Shown here: positions 1 to 9,856 of the stretch, piece after piece
How the letters are laid out: every line of letters begins with the position of its first letter
Numbering within the stretch: the first letter of the stretch is position 1
Assembly: GCA_032125195.1 (NCBI GenBank)
Contig: JAQBCN010000130.1
Span: 1 to 46,208 of the forward strand
Direction: 5' to 3'
DNA from: Deltaproteobacteria bacterium
GTDB taxonomy: Bacteria; Desulfobacterota; Deferrimicrobia; Deferrimicrobiales; Deferrimicrobiaceae
DNA: 46,208 nt
Notes under the pieces: generated by a model
Told to the model about the DNA's origin: nothing
Database searches by the model: none
Seen by the model: the letters and a program-made list of their open reading frames with translations, nothing else
Made by a program: the position numbers and the translations under genes

Positions 1-981
1 CTGGACCTCACCGGCGGGGGACCGATGATCCGGGAGACCCTCCTGCGCCTCTTCCCCGTCGTCCCCCCGGAACGCGTATGGGTCGTCGCCGGCGTGAAGG
101 ACGCGCCACACCTGTCCCCCCGCGACCTCGGCATCCCGAAACGGCACATCCTTCTGGAGCCGGAAGGGAAGAACACCGCCCCCGCGATGGCGTACGCGGC
201 GGCGGCGGTCGCCCGGGAGGACCCCGACGCCGTGGTCCTTGCGACCCCGGCCGACCACGCCATCTGCCACGTCCGGGCGTTCCAGGCCGTGCTCCGGAAG
301 GGACTTCGCCTGGCGCGGGAGACGGGGCGATTCGTGACCCTCGGCGTGCCGCCGACCCACCCCTCCACGGGATACGGGTACATCGAGCGGGGGAAACCGT
401 TTCCGGGAAAGGTCCGGGGCGCCTTCGAGGTCGCCCGGTTCGCCGAGAAACCCGACCTTCCCACGGCGAAGCGGTTCCTCCGTTCGGGCCGGTTCGACTG
501 GAACAGCGGGCTGTTCCTTTTCAGCATCGCGACGTTCGCCGACCGGCTGGCGAAATTCCTCCCCGAAGTCGATCGCGAGATCCGTCGCGCCTTCCCGGGA
601 GACCGCGCCGGTTTCCCGAAACGGCTCGCGCGGGCATACCGGCGGATGCCGTCGATCTCGGTCGACTACGGCATCCTGGAAAAGGAGACGGGGACCCTCG
701 TCCTTCCGGCGAACGTCGGGTGGAGCGACCTCGGGACGTGGAGCTCGCTGCACGAGTTCCTCGCGGCGACGGGTGAAAACGTCACGTTCGGCGACGTCAT
801 CCTCTCCGACTGCCGGTCCGTTCTCGTACGCACGGACCGCGGCGTGGCGGCGGTGCTGGGGATGGACGACGTGGTGGTGGTGCGAAGCGGGGACGCCGTG
901 CTGGTCTGCCCGCGCGCCCGCTCGGAGGAAGTGAAAGGTGTGCTGGAGGAGGTCCGCCGGCGGTTCCCCGCGCTGGCCTGA
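1..981 (+). CDS. mannose-1-phosphate guanylyltransferase-like NTP transferase, 5'-truncated by the window edge
   Basis: ORF 25..981 stays open in the same frame back to nt 1 (LDLTGGGP-MIRETLL...). Motifs EPEGKNTAPA, PADH, GYGYIE, FAEKPD, WNSGLFLF, SVDYGILEK and VGWSDLGTW are typical of ManC/CpsB-type enzymes. The N-terminal GxGxR loop must lie upstream of the window. Confidence 0.8.
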   Translation: MDLTGGGPMIRETLLRLFPVVPPERVWVVAGVKDAPHLSPRDLGIPKRHILLEPEGKNTAPAMAYAAAAVAREDPDAVVLATPADHAICHVRAFQAVLRKGLRLARETGRFVTLGVPPTHPSTGYGYIERGKPFPGKVRGAFEVARFAEKPDLPTAKRFLRSGRFDWNSGLFLFSIATFADRLAKFLPEVDREIRRAFPGDRAGFPKRLARAYRRMPSISVDYGILEKETGTLVLPANVGWSDLGTWSSLHEFLAATGENVTFGDVILSDCRSVLVRTDRGVAAVLGMDDVVVVRSGDAVLVCPRARSEEVKGVLEEVRRRFPALA

Positions 982-995
982 CCCTCCTCCGACGA

Positions 996-1472
996 CTATT
1001 CGAGAACTTCCCCGGTCAGAGTGACGATCCGCCGGACCTCGTACTCCAGCGTCCCGCGGGGAATCGTGATCGTGACCGCGTCCCCCGCGCGGCGATTCAT
1101 GAGCGCCTTTCCCACCGGCGACGCCATGGAGACGAACGACTTGTTCCCGTCGGCCAGTTCGGGGATCACGAGGGTGTAGAGGATCTCTTCCCCGTTCTCG
1201 AGGTTTTCCACCGTGACCTCGCTCCCGAGCCCTGCGCGGTCCTTCGGCACGCCCGACACGTCGATGCGGGAAAGGTCGGCCAGGCGCTTCTGGATCTGGG
1301 CGAAGCGCGCCTGGATCGTCGACTGCCGGTTCTTCGCCGACTCGTACTCGGCGTTCTCGGATAGGTCGCCCTGGCCCAGCGCCGTCTGGATCTCCTTGGG
1401 AAGGGTCACCCGCAGCTCGTGCTCGATCCGCTGCATCTCTTCCTCGAGCTTCTGTTTCACCTCGCGAAGCAA
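996..1472 (-). CDS. greA: transcription elongation factor GreA
   Basis: 158 aa. N-terminal coiled coil with GDLSENAEYESAK and a C-terminal FKBP-like domain (SMASPVGKALMNRRAGD...), matching GreA over its full length. Confidence 0.95.
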   Translation of the reverse strand: MLREVKQKLEEEMQRIEHELRVTLPKEIQTALGQGDLSENAEYESAKNRQSTIQARFAQIQKRLADLSRIDVSGVPKDRAGLGSEVTVENLENGEEILYTLVIPELADGNKSFVSMASPVGKALMNRRAGDAVTITIPRGTLEYEVRRIVTLTGEVLE

Positions 1473-1485
1473 CGCGATCCCTTCC

Positions 1486-2004
1486 CTACTGTTCCATCGT
1501 GAATTCCTGCATGTCGCACCAGAACCCGTTCTGCCCGATCGAGTCCACCTCGGCCCGCAGGATCATCGCGTGCAACTCCTCTTCCTTCGCCAGGGAGAGG
1601 AACATCTCCTTCGTCGAATCCTTCTTCGAGCGCTCCGCCATCTCGAGGTAGAACCGGTTCGCCTCGATTTCCCGGTCGATCGCGGCCCCGAGGATCTGGA
1701 TCGTATCGGCGGTGGCCAGCTTCTTCGCATCGAACTTCTCGAGCACCGAGGGCTGCGAGACCTGCTCGGACATCGCTTCGACCAGGTCCGCCCGCTCGAT
1801 CACCCAGTCTTTTCCGCGCAGGACGGAGATCAGGTGCTTCTCGAGCTTCGTCATGTGGCCCACCTCGTCCGAGGCGAGGTGAATGAGCACGTTTTTCGCC
1901 TTCACGTCCGTGACGAGCTTCGCCAGCCCCAGGTAGACGTTGATCGCATCCCTCTCCCGGTCGATGGCGCGGTGCACGATGGAAACCATTTCCGGCGAAC
2001 CCAT
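1486..2004 (-). CDS. ferritin-like/rubrerythrin-family diiron protein (no rubredoxin domain)
   Basis: Two repeated half-domains, each with a Glu plus an ExxH motif (AIDRERDA...SDEVGHM; AIDREIEA...EEELHAM). I prefer the ATG at 2004, preceded by AAGGGGGA-N6. The ORF stays open to a GTG at 2055. Confidence 0.75.
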   Translation of the reverse strand: MGSPEMVSIVHRAIDRERDAINVYLGLAKLVTDVKAKNVLIHLASDEVGHMTKLEKHLISVLRGKDWVIERADLVEAMSEQVSQPSVLEKFDAKKLATADTIQILGAAIDREIEANRFYLEMAERSKKDSTKEMFLSLAKEEELHAMILRAEVDSIGQNGFWCDMQEFTMEQ

Positions 2005-2055
2005 GGTGATTCCCCCTTTTTCGATATTCGGTCCCGGCATTCGCTTACGACGCAC

Positions 2056-2478
2056 TCAGTGGAAAACGAGCTTTCCTCCATAATACCCGAGGACCACGCA
2101 CGTGGCGGTACAGGCGGCGAGAAGGCCGATATATAACCAACCGAGCCCCCCCAGCGGCAGGAGCGCAACGTCGGGGTGGAACGCGCGGAGCAGCACCGCC
2201 GGAGCGGCCAGCAGCAGCAGGACGACGGCCCCCACGATCTTGATCCGGAAGACGCTCGTCATGTACGCCTTGTAATGCGTCCACCAGTCGAGAAACCCCG
2301 TCGCGGCCGTCGCGGGAGTGGCCAGCAGCCCGAAGAGCGCGCAGACGAACGCTCCCGTCTCGAACTCCCGCACCCCGGTCGCGGCGTACACGCAGAGCGC
2401 CGCGAAGGCCGTCGGGAACAGCGCCGCGGGAAAAGCGACGAACATCGGGTGGATCTGCCGTATCTTGGGCGCTTCCAT
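2056..2478 (-). CDS. small integral membrane protein, DUF2231-like (about 4 TM helices)
   Basis: 140 aa and strongly hydrophobic, with a HPMFVAFPAAL start and a GFLDWW motif reminiscent of the DUF2231 family. Family assignment is from memory, not from a search. Confidence 0.55.
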   Translation of the reverse strand: MEAPKIRQIHPMFVAFPAALFPTAFAALCVYAATGVREFETGAFVCALFGLLATPATAATGFLDWWTHYKAYMTSVFRIKIVGAVVLLLLAAPAVLLRAFHPDVALLPLGGLGWLYIGLLAACTATCVVLGYYGGKLVFH

Positions 2479-2490
2479 AAACCGATATTA

Positions 2491-3768
2491 TCAGCGTTTC
2501 GTGATCCGTGCCAGCCCGCCCATGTAAGGGCGCAAGACCTCGGGGACGTCCACGGTGCCGTCCTCCCGCTGATAATTTTCGAGGATCGCGACGACGGTCC
2601 GACCGACCGCCAGCCCCGACCCGTTCAGGGTGTGTGCCAGGCGTGTCTTTCCCGACGTCCCTTCCCGGAAGCGGATCTTCGCGCGGCGCGCCTGGAAATC
2701 AGTGAAGGTGCTGCAGGAGGAGATCTCCCGGTAGCGGCCCTGGGAAGGAACCCACACCTCGATGTCGTACGTCTTCGCGGAGGAGAAGCCGATGTCCCCC
2801 GTGCACAGCGTCACCACGCGATACGGCAGGTCGAGGCGCCGGAGGATCTCCTCGGCGTCGTCGGTGAGCTTCTCCAGCTCCAGCGCGGACTCCTCGGGGC
2901 GGCATATCTTTACCATCTCCACCTTGTTGAACTGGTGCTGCCGGATCATCCCCCGCGTGTCCTTGCCGTAGGACCCGGCCTCCGCCCGGAAGCACGGGGT
3001 GTACGCCGTCATCTTCAGGGGAAGCGTCCCCGCGTCGAGGATCTCGTCCCGCACGATGTTCGTCACCGGCACCTCCGCGGTGGGAACGAGGAAGTAGTCG
3101 GTCCCCGCGACCCGGAAGAGATCCTCCTCGAACTTCGGGAGCTGCCCGGTGCCGAAGAACGAAGCGCTGTTCGCCATGAAGGGGGGAAGGACCTCGAGGT
3201 ACCCGTGCTCCCGGGTATGGACGTCGAGCATGAAGTTGATGAGGGCCCGCTCCAGGAGCGCTCCCGCCCCCTTCGACAGGCAGAAGCGGCCCCCGGTGAT
3301 CTTGACCGCACGGTCGAAGTCGAGGATGTCCAGCGCCGCGCCCAGGTCGACGTGATCCTTCACCGGAAAAGGAAAGGTCCGCGGGCTCCCCCACGTCCGC
3401 ACGACGGGGTTGTCCTCTTCCCCGGCGCCGTCCGGGACCGAGGGATCCGGCACGTTCGGGAGGACGAGGAGGAACTCCTCCATCTTCCGCTCGATCGTCG
3501 GAAGTTCCGCTTCCGCCTCCTTGAGCCGTGTCGAGAACGCCTTCATCCGCTCCATGAGCTCCGACGCGTCCTTCTTCTCCCGCCGCAGGCGGCCGATCTC
3601 CTCGGACGCGGCGTTGCGTTCCGCCCGCATCCCTTCCACCTCCACGAGCCGTTCCCGCCGCGCCTTGTCCAGCGCAACGAATCCGTCGAGGGTGAGGGAG
3701 GACCGGCGCCTCCGCAGCGCCTCCTCAACGATCGCGATGTTTTCCCGGACGAATTTCAGGTCGAGCAT
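2491..3768 (-). CDS. serS: serine--tRNA ligase
   Basis: 425 aa. N-terminal coiled-coil arm ([16 protein letters not shown]...) and class II core motifs ([35 protein letters not shown]). Confidence 0.97.
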   Translation of the reverse strand: MLDLKFVRENIAIVEEALRRRRSSLTLDGFVALDKARRERLVEVEGMRAERNAASEEIGRLRREKKDASELMERMKAFSTRLKEAEAELPTIERKMEEFLLVLPNVPDPSVPDGAGEEDNPVVRTWGSPRTFPFPVKDHVDLGAALDILDFDRAVKITGGRFCLSKGAGALLERALINFMLDVHTREHGYLEVLPPFMANSASFFGTGQLPKFEEDLFRVAGTDYFLVPTAEVPVTNIVRDEILDAGTLPLKMTAYTPCFRAEAGSYGKDTRGMIRQHQFNKVEMVKICRPEESALELEKLTDDAEEILRRLDLPYRVVTLCTGDIGFSSAKTYDIEVWVPSQGRYREISSCSTFTDFQARRAKIRFREGTSGKTRLAHTLNGSGLAVGRTVVAILENYQREDGTVDVPEVLRPYMGGLARITKR

Positions 3769-3801
3769 CTCATGGTTTCCTTTCAGGGGGACATTCCTGG
3801 T

Positions 3802-4857
3802 TCAACCCCGGGCGGAGGGAAGGAGTGTCCTCCGCCGCGCGGTGAACCCGGTATCCCGGATCGTGGCGACGATCTCCTCCTCGGACATCCGGAAGGAGAC
3901 GCCCGCGGAGGCGACGACGTTCTCCTCCATCATCGTGCTGCCGAAGTCGTCCGCGCCGAAGAAGAGCCCGATCTGCGCGACCTTCGCCCCCATCGTGACC
4001 CACGACACCTGGACGGTCGAAACGTTCGGCAAGAGGATCCGGGACAGCGCCAGGACCCGCAGGTACCCGACGGCGTGGCCGAATCCCCGGGGCGACGCCT
4101 CCCCGAACCGCGGGTCGCGCGACAGCTCGGTGTTCCCCGGCTGGAACACCCAGGGGATGAACGCGGTGAAGCCCCCGGTTTCCTCCTGGAGCGCTCGGAC
4201 CCGCAGCAGGTGCGCGACGATCGCTTCGGGCGTCTCGACGCTTCCGAACATCATCGTCGCGGTGGAACGAAGCCCCTGTCGATGCGCCTCGCGCATCACC
4301 GCCGCCCACTGCTCCCATCCGATCTTCTTCGGGCTGATCCGGCGCCGCACCTCGTCGTCCAGGATCTCCGCACCGCCGCCGGGGATCGAATCGAGGCCGG
4401 CGTCCGAAAGACGCGCGATCACCTCCCCGATCGTCATCCCCGACTGGTGCGCGAAGTGCCAGACTTCCGGCGGGGAGAACCCGTGCAACTGGATCGGGTG
4501 CCGCTTCACCTCCCGCACAAGCCGGACCGCCTCGCCGATCCCCCAGTCGGGGTGCAGCCCCCCCTGCAGCAGCACGCGGACTCCGCCCGCCGCGATCGTG
4601 TCGACGATCTTCGCGGAGAGCTCCTCCCCGGAGAGGACGTAGGCATCGGGCGCGTCCTTCTTCCGGTAGAAGGCGCAGAAGGAGCAGCCGCAGGAGCAGA
4701 CATTCGTATAGTTGATGTTCCGGTCGACGATGTAGGTGACGATGCCGTCCGGGTGCAGTTCCCGGCGGACCGCGTCGGCGGACCGCCCCAGCTCGAACAG
4801 CGGCGCCTCCCGCAGCAGCCGGACCGCCTCCCCCCAATCCGCCGCGGATCCGCTCAC
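3802..4857 (-). CDS. mqnC: radical SAM menaquinone (futalosine pathway) enzyme, probably cyclic dehypoxanthinyl futalosine synthase MqnC
   Basis: C-terminal 351 aa of ORF 3802..5748. CxxxCxxC cluster (NVCSCGCSFCAFY), GGGAEIL, STATMMFG and GGFTAFIPWVFQ. GTG start at 4857 overlaps the upstream stop as GTGA. The rest of the 648-aa ORF is out-of-frame overlap with mqnE. The MqnC versus MqnE assignment is from recalled family signatures. Confidence 0.8.
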   Translation of the reverse strand: MSGSAADWGEAVRLLREAPLFELGRSADAVRRELHPDGIVTYIVDRNINYTNVCSCGCSFCAFYRKKDAPDAYVLSGEELSAKIVDTIAAGGVRVLLQGGLHPDWGIGEAVRLVREVKRHPIQLHGFSPPEVWHFAHQSGMTIGEVIARLSDAGLDSIPGGGAEILDDEVRRRISPKKIGWEQWAAVMREAHRQGLRSTATMMFGSVETPEAIVAHLLRVRALQEETGGFTAFIPWVFQPGNTELSRDPRFGEASPRGFGHAVGYLRVLALSRILLPNVSTVQVSWVTMGAKVAQIGLFFGADDFGSTMMEENVVASAGVSFRMSEEEIVATIRDTGFTARRRTLLPSARG

Positions 4858-5951
4858 CCCCCGTCGCCCTCCGCCGGCCACTCGCGGACCACGTTGTAGA
4901 GGGTGTCCCGCTCGACGGGAATCTTCCCCGCCTGGCGGATCATCGTCACGAGTTCGGCGACGGACATCTCCTGCCCCGCCTGGGCGCCGGCCGCGTGGGT
5001 GATCTTCTCCTCGACCACGGTGCCGTCGATGTCGTCCACCCCGAAATGAAGGGAGATCTGCGCCAGCTTCGGTCCCACCATGATCCAGAACGACTTGATG
5101 TGGAGGAAGTTGTCGAGGTAGAGCCTCGCCACCGCCAGCGCGAGCAGGTCCTCGAGCCCCGTGGTGTACCCCTTCGCGATCTCCGTGTTCTTCGGGTGGA
5201 ACGCCAGGGGGATGAACGACTGGAACCCTCCGGTGCGGTCCTGCAGCTCCCGCAGGCGCCGCATGTGGTCCACCCGCGACTCCAGCGTCTCCACGTGGCC
5301 GTAGAGCATCGTGGCGTTGCTTCGGAGTCCGGCCGCGTGGACCGCCTCCATCACCTCGAGCCACCGGTCCCCCGAAATCTTCTCGGGACAGATTTCGTTC
5401 CGGATCTCCGGGGCGAAGATCTCCGCCCCCCCCCCGGGGAGGGATCCGAGACCCGCATCCTTCAATTGCGCGATCACATCGGCCAGAGGAAGCCCGGTGA
5501 TCTGCCGGAAATAATCGATCTCCACCGCGGTGAACGCCTGGACGTGCAGGGAGGGGAATTGTTCCCGCAGGGAGCGCAGCATCGTCAGGTAGAAGTCGAA
5601 GGGGAGGTCCGGGTGCAACCCCCCGACGATGTGAAGTTCCGTGGCCCGCTGCTCGAGGGCCTCTCCCGCGCGGCGGAGGATCTCGTCCATCGTCATCGTG
5701 TACGCGAGAGGGTCGTTCTTCTCCTTGCTGAACGCGCAGAATCTGCACCGGTTCACGCAGATGTTCGTCGGGTTCACATGCCGGTTGACGATGAAGTAGA
5801 CGCGGTCGCCGTTCGCCCGCCGGTTCGCCAGTGCCGCCATCTCGCCGACGGCGAGGATGTCCCGCGTCCGGTAGAGGGCGAGCGCATCGCTCTCCGACAG
5901 CCGCTCCCCCGCCTCGACCTTATCCCTGATTCGCCGCCGGACCGTTTCCAT
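4854..5951 (-). CDS. mqnE: radical SAM menaquinone (futalosine pathway) enzyme, probably aminodeoxyfutalosine synthase MqnE
   Basis: 365 aa. NRHVNPTNICVNRCRFCAF, AFTAVEI, GGGAEIF, NATMLYGHVET and GGFQSFIPLAF. A CofH/MqnC/MqnE-family paralog adjacent to the previous gene. Confidence 0.8.
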   Translation of the reverse strand: METVRRRIRDKVEAGERLSESDALALYRTRDILAVGEMAALANRRANGDRVYFIVNRHVNPTNICVNRCRFCAFSKEKNDPLAYTMTMDEILRRAGEALEQRATELHIVGGLHPDLPFDFYLTMLRSLREQFPSLHVQAFTAVEIDYFRQITGLPLADVIAQLKDAGLGSLPGGGAEIFAPEIRNEICPEKISGDRWLEVMEAVHAAGLRSNATMLYGHVETLESRVDHMRRLRELQDRTGGFQSFIPLAFHPKNTEIAKGYTTGLEDLLALAVARLYLDNFLHIKSFWIMVGPKLAQISLHFGVDDIDGTVVEEKITHAAGAQAGQEMSVAELVTMIRQAGKIPVERDTLYNVVREWPAEGDGG

Positions 5952-8385
5952 CCGCTCCGCCTTTGCGCATCTGTTCGAGGATCCGGTCCCCGGTCCCCGC
6001 CCCCTTCGGAAAGAGGGGGAGGAAGATGGAGAAGGCTACACCGACCCCCTCCCGGTTGTCCAGATGGATCGTCCCGCCGTGCTTCTCGACGATGGCGTGG
6101 ACGATGGGAAGTCCGAGGCCGGTCCCCTTCGCCTTCGTGGTGAAGAACGGATTGAAGATGTTCTGCACCACGTCGCGCTGGATCCCGCCGCCGGTGTCGC
6201 TCACCTCGAGAACCACCCCGGCCCCCTCTCCGGGGTCGGCGAGGTGCGTGACGACGGTCAGGATGCCACTCCCCCCCATCGCCTGGATGGCGTTGGAAAC
6301 GAGGTTCCATGCCACCTGCCGGATCTGGTCCGGATCGGCCGTGATGGAGGGAAGGTCCTGGGGAAGGTCGATCACCGAGGAGATGCGGGCCTCCTCGAGC
6401 TCCTCCCGGAACATCGAGAGCACGTCGCGGATCTCCGCGTTCAGGTTCACGATGCGGAACGCGGGGATCCTCTCCCTCGAGAAGTAGAGCGTTTCGTTGA
6501 TGATCCGCTCCAGCCGTTCGACTTCCTTCAGGATGATCCGGGCGTACCGCTCGAACGGAGGCGGTCCTGCCCCTGGCTTAGGGGAGGCGATCCGCCGGGC
6601 GAACCCCCCGATCGCGGTGAGGGGGTTCTTGATCTCGTGGGCGATCCTGGCCGCCATCTCCCCGAGCGCCATGAGCTTCTCGCTCTGCATCAACTGGTCC
6701 TGCGTCGTCCGGACGGTGTCGAGCGCACCCTGAAGCGATTCGTAGAGCGATGCGTTTTCCATCGCGAGACACGCGTTGGAGGCGAACATCGTGAGCAGCT
6801 GGATGTCCTCTTCGGTGATCGGTCTCTCCTGGAAGAGGTTGTCCACGTAGATCGCCCCCCGCGCCTCCCCCTTGACCACCAGGGGAACGGCGGCGAACGA
6901 GGCCGGGTGGCCGCCGCAGAACCCACCCCGGGGGGCGGCATCGCCCTCCGGGGCGCCGCAGCCGGACACCGACCGCACCGGCCGTTTCTCCTTCACCACC
7001 CTCGCCACGAGACAGGAGTCGTTGGAGAGCGTGACCCGGAGGTTCCCGACGTCGGACCAGAGCAGGTTCCGGATCTTCTCCCCCGCCGCCCCGGCCGCGC
7101 CGTCGTCCAGAAGCCCTCGTGGAAGCCGGCCGATCCGCTGCGCCTCCTGCCGGTCGCGCGGTCCCATCGCCATCCGGGCGGAAAGCCCCTCTCCGTCCTC
7201 CGAGGTGAGGAACAGGATCGCCCGGCTGAAGTTCAGTCCGCCGGGGGAGATGAGGGCGTACAGCATGATCGAAAGCAGCCGCTCCATCTTTACCGTGGAC
7301 ATGAGAGCGCGGGCGACGTTGTGGAGCGTCGAGATCCGCTGCACCTTGACCTGGTTCTCGTCCGCCAGCCGCTGGGCCTTCCGGAGGATCGACGCATTCT
7401 CGATCATGTTCGCCAGTTGGGAGCACACCGTCTGGATCAGGTGCACCCCTTCCATGTCGAAGCGCAGCCGGGGGGAGGAGGAGTAGTAACTGATCGTCCC
7501 GAGGGACTTCCCCATGGAAACGATGGGGAGCCCGAGGAAGGAGGTGACCCCATGGGCGGCAAGCGTGGAATGGAGCGGCGAATCCTCGGGCCCGTTGATC
7601 AGGAGCGGGCGCTTCTCCCCGTGGATCCGCAGGGCCAGCTCCTTTCCCACCGGCCGAAGCTCCCGGCGGAAGCCGGGGCGGGCGTACCCCTCGTCCACCG
7701 CCACCTTGAGAACGCCGCGGCCCTCACCCGCAAGCCGCACCGTGCAGCCGTCGGCCGACAGGAGCCGCAACGTGGTCTTTGCCACGTGGGAAAGCGTTCC
7801 TTTCACTTCGAAGGTCGAGGAGATCGCGCGCCCGATCTCGTTCAGCGTGATGAGCTCCGAGACGCGCTTCCGGGCATCGTTGTAAAGCCTGCTGTTGCGG
7901 ATCGTCCCCGCCACCTCCGTCGCCACGGACCCGAGGAACTTCAGGTCCTCCTCCGTATAGTTCGCAGGAGCGAGGCTGGAAAAGTTCATCACACCGTAGA
8001 GGTATACGTCGTCCATGACCGGCACGGAGAGAATGGAAGTGAAGTCGCGCAATTCCTGGGGAACGGCGAACGTCGGCGGATCCGCCTTCACGTCGGGGAA
8101 GAAGACCGGGGCGCGCTTCCGCGCCACCTTCCCGGCAACCCCTTCCCCGGGACGGACCACGAAATCCATCACGGAGCACTCCTCGATCTCGACGCACGAG
8201 GAGACCCACGGCGCCAGGCCGTCCCCGCGCGCATCGCGCCGGTAGATGCAGACGCAATCGGAATGCGTCTCCCGTGAGAGGAAATCGCAGATGTACTTCA
8301 GGCGGTTCTCTACCTGGATGTTCGAGTTGGAGATCTCGACGATCCGCGCCAGGAGGGAAAAGCGGCTGTGCGGGGTCTCCGACAT
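5920..8385 (-). CDS. cytoplasmic sensor histidine kinase with three GAF domains (GAF-GAF-GAF-HisKA-HATPase_c)
   Basis: 821 aa with no hydrophobic segments. Three GAF-like modules, an H-box HEIKNPLTAIGGFARRI, and N/G boxes (NLVSNAIQA, DTGGGI, GTGLGLPIV). Confidence 0.9.
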   Translation of the reverse strand: MSETPHSRFSLLARIVEISNSNIQVENRLKYICDFLSRETHSDCVCIYRRDARGDGLAPWVSSCVEIEECSVMDFVVRPGEGVAGKVARKRAPVFFPDVKADPPTFAVPQELRDFTSILSVPVMDDVYLYGVMNFSSLAPANYTEEDLKFLGSVATEVAGTIRNSRLYNDARKRVSELITLNEIGRAISSTFEVKGTLSHVAKTTLRLLSADGCTVRLAGEGRGVLKVAVDEGYARPGFRRELRPVGKELALRIHGEKRPLLINGPEDSPLHSTLAAHGVTSFLGLPIVSMGKSLGTISYYSSSPRLRFDMEGVHLIQTVCSQLANMIENASILRKAQRLADENQVKVQRISTLHNVARALMSTVKMERLLSIMLYALISPGGLNFSRAILFLTSEDGEGLSARMAMGPRDRQEAQRIGRLPRGLLDDGAAGAAGEKIRNLLWSDVGNLRVTLSNDSCLVARVVKEKRPVRSVSGCGAPEGDAAPRGGFCGGHPASFAAVPLVVKGEARGAIYVDNLFQERPITEEDIQLLTMFASNACLAMENASLYESLQGALDTVRTTQDQLMQSEKLMALGEMAARIAHEIKNPLTAIGGFARRIASPKPGAGPPPFERYARIILKEVERLERIINETLYFSRERIPAFRIVNLNAEIRDVLSMFREELEEARISSVIDLPQDLPSITADPDQIRQVAWNLVSNAIQAMGGSGILTVVTHLADPGEGAGVVLEVSDTGGGIQRDVVQNIFNPFFTTKAKGTGLGLPIVHAIVEKHGGTIHLDNREGVGVAFSIFLPLFPKGAGTGDRILEQMRKGGADGNGPAANQG

Positions 8386-8391
8386 GGGAGG

Positions 8392-9852
8392 CTACCCCCT
8401 GGGGGCCCGCTTGCGCAGCGCCTTCCCGTAAAGGTCGACATATGCCCGTGCCGACGCCTCCCAGGAGAAGTCCCGCGCCATACCCCGGCGGACGATCGCG
8501 TCCCACCGGGGACGGTCCGCGTACGCCGCCAGCGCCCTGGCCACGGCGCCCTTCAACTCCTCCGCCTCGTAGCGCCGGAAGGTGAACCCGGTGCCCGATG
8601 CGGGGTCCTCGTCGGTGTCCGTCACGGTATCCGCCAGCCCCCCCGTTTCCCGCACGATGGGGACCGTGCCGTACTTCAGGCTGTAGATCTGGTTCAGGCC
8701 GCACGGTTCGTACCGTGAGGGCATCAGGTACATGTCCGACCCCGCCTCGATCTTGTGCGCCAGCGCGTCGTCGTACGCGACGCGGATCGCGATCCGGTCC
8801 GGGTACTTTCGCCCGAGCTTCTCCATCGCCTCCTCGTACTTCCGTTCGCCGGACCCGAGGATCACGACCCGCAGCGGCTGTTCCGCCAGCCACTCCCCGA
8901 TCCTCTCGACGAGATCGAACCCCTTTTGCCCCGTGAGCCGCCCGATCAGCCCGAGGACGGGTTCGTCCCCCTCCGGCAGCCCGAAGACCGAGAGCAGATC
9001 CCGACGGCAGGCCGCTTTTCCCGACAGGTCGTCCGCAGAGTAGTTCGCCGCGATCCAGCGGTCGGTGGCCGGGTGCCACTCGCCGTCGTCGATCCCGTTC
9101 ACGATGCCGAAGAGGTCCTCCCGCCGTTCGTAGAGGACTCCCTCGAGACCGTACCCGTATTCCGGGGTCTGGATCTCGCGGCTGTAGGTGTCGGACACGG
9201 TGGAGAGGATGTCCGCGTATACCAGGCCCGCCTTCATCAGGTTGATCTTCCCGTAGAACTCCAGCCCCCGGGGGGTGAACAGCTCCCATCCGAGGCCCAT
9301 CATCGGAAGGTCGTGGTTCCAGAACAGCCCCTGGTACCCCAGGTTGTGGACGGTGAAGACGGTTCCCGTCCCCGGGAACGGCTCGCGGTCGGCATAGAGC
9401 GTCTTCACGTACACCGGGAGGAGGGCGGTCTGCCAGTCGTTGCTGTGGATGATGTCGTATCTCCGCCCGGAGCGCGCGATCCACTCCATGACGGCGCGGC
9501 AGAAGAAGGTGAACCGCTCGGAGTTGTCGACGTAGTCGCCGTCGCGGGTACCGTAGAGGAACTCCCGGTCGAAGTACCGGTCGTTGCGGACGAGGAAGGC
9601 GCGGACGCCCCCCCCGGCGTCGGTCTCCTCGACGCTGCCCTTTTCTTCCCCGTTCCCGAGTGGGACGAGGACCGCTTCCCCCGGCCCCGAAAACGGGAAC
9701 CGGTCCCGGTCCACGCAGCGGTAGAGGGGGAGGACGCAATCGGCCTCGACGCCGATCCTGCGAAGCGCCTTGGGGAGCGCCCCGCAGACGTCCGCCAGGC
9801 CGCCGGTTTTCGCGAAGGGGACGATCTCGGAAGAGGCCACGAGGACCTTCAT
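8392..9852 (-). CDS. glgA: glycogen synthase (ADP-glucose type, GT5)
   Basis: 486 aa. N-terminal MKVLVASSEIVPFAKTGGLADV signature and the C-terminal GT-B region (PSRYEPCGLNQIYSLKYGT, TGGLADTV). Confidence 0.95.
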   Translation of the reverse strand: MKVLVASSEIVPFAKTGGLADVCGALPKALRRIGVEADCVLPLYRCVDRDRFPFSGPGEAVLVPLGNGEEKGSVEETDAGGGVRAFLVRNDRYFDREFLYGTRDGDYVDNSERFTFFCRAVMEWIARSGRRYDIIHSNDWQTALLPVYVKTLYADREPFPGTGTVFTVHNLGYQGLFWNHDLPMMGLGWELFTPRGLEFYGKINLMKAGLVYADILSTVSDTYSREIQTPEYGYGLEGVLYERREDLFGIVNGIDDGEWHPATDRWIAANYSADDLSGKAACRRDLLSVFGLPEGDEPVLGLIGRLTGQKGFDLVERIGEWLAEQPLRVVILGSGERKYEEAMEKLGRKYPDRIAIRVAYDDALAHKIEAGSDMYLMPSRYEPCGLNQIYSLKYGTVPIVRETGGLADTVTDTDEDPASGTGFTFRRYEAEELKGAVARALAAYADRPRWDAIVRRGMARDFSWEASARAYVDLYGKALRKRAPRG

Positions 9853-9856
9853 CGCC

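Noticed and set aside
2176-4899. 907-aa plus-strand ORF. Similar giants at 6064-8277, 10629-13559, 20062-22521, 24250-27606 and 37784-40273.
   Set aside because: All are Arg/Pro/Gly/Asp-rich low-complexity translations lying antisense to strongly conserved genes (serS, mqnC, the histidine kinase, btuB, larC, lon, the S1 protein). Long stop-free antisense frames are expected at this G+C content. None has recognisable motifs.
3802-5748. 648-aa ORF read as a single gene. Likewise the N-terminally extended ORFs 11355-14291, 13304-15151, 19128-21638, 27999-29414, 28865-31849, 34083-35273, 42915-44027 and 40365-42902.
   Set aside because: In each, homology begins abruptly at an internal start that has an SD or a 4-nt overlap with the upstream stop. 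The upstream part is an out-of-frame overlap of the neighbouring conserved gene.
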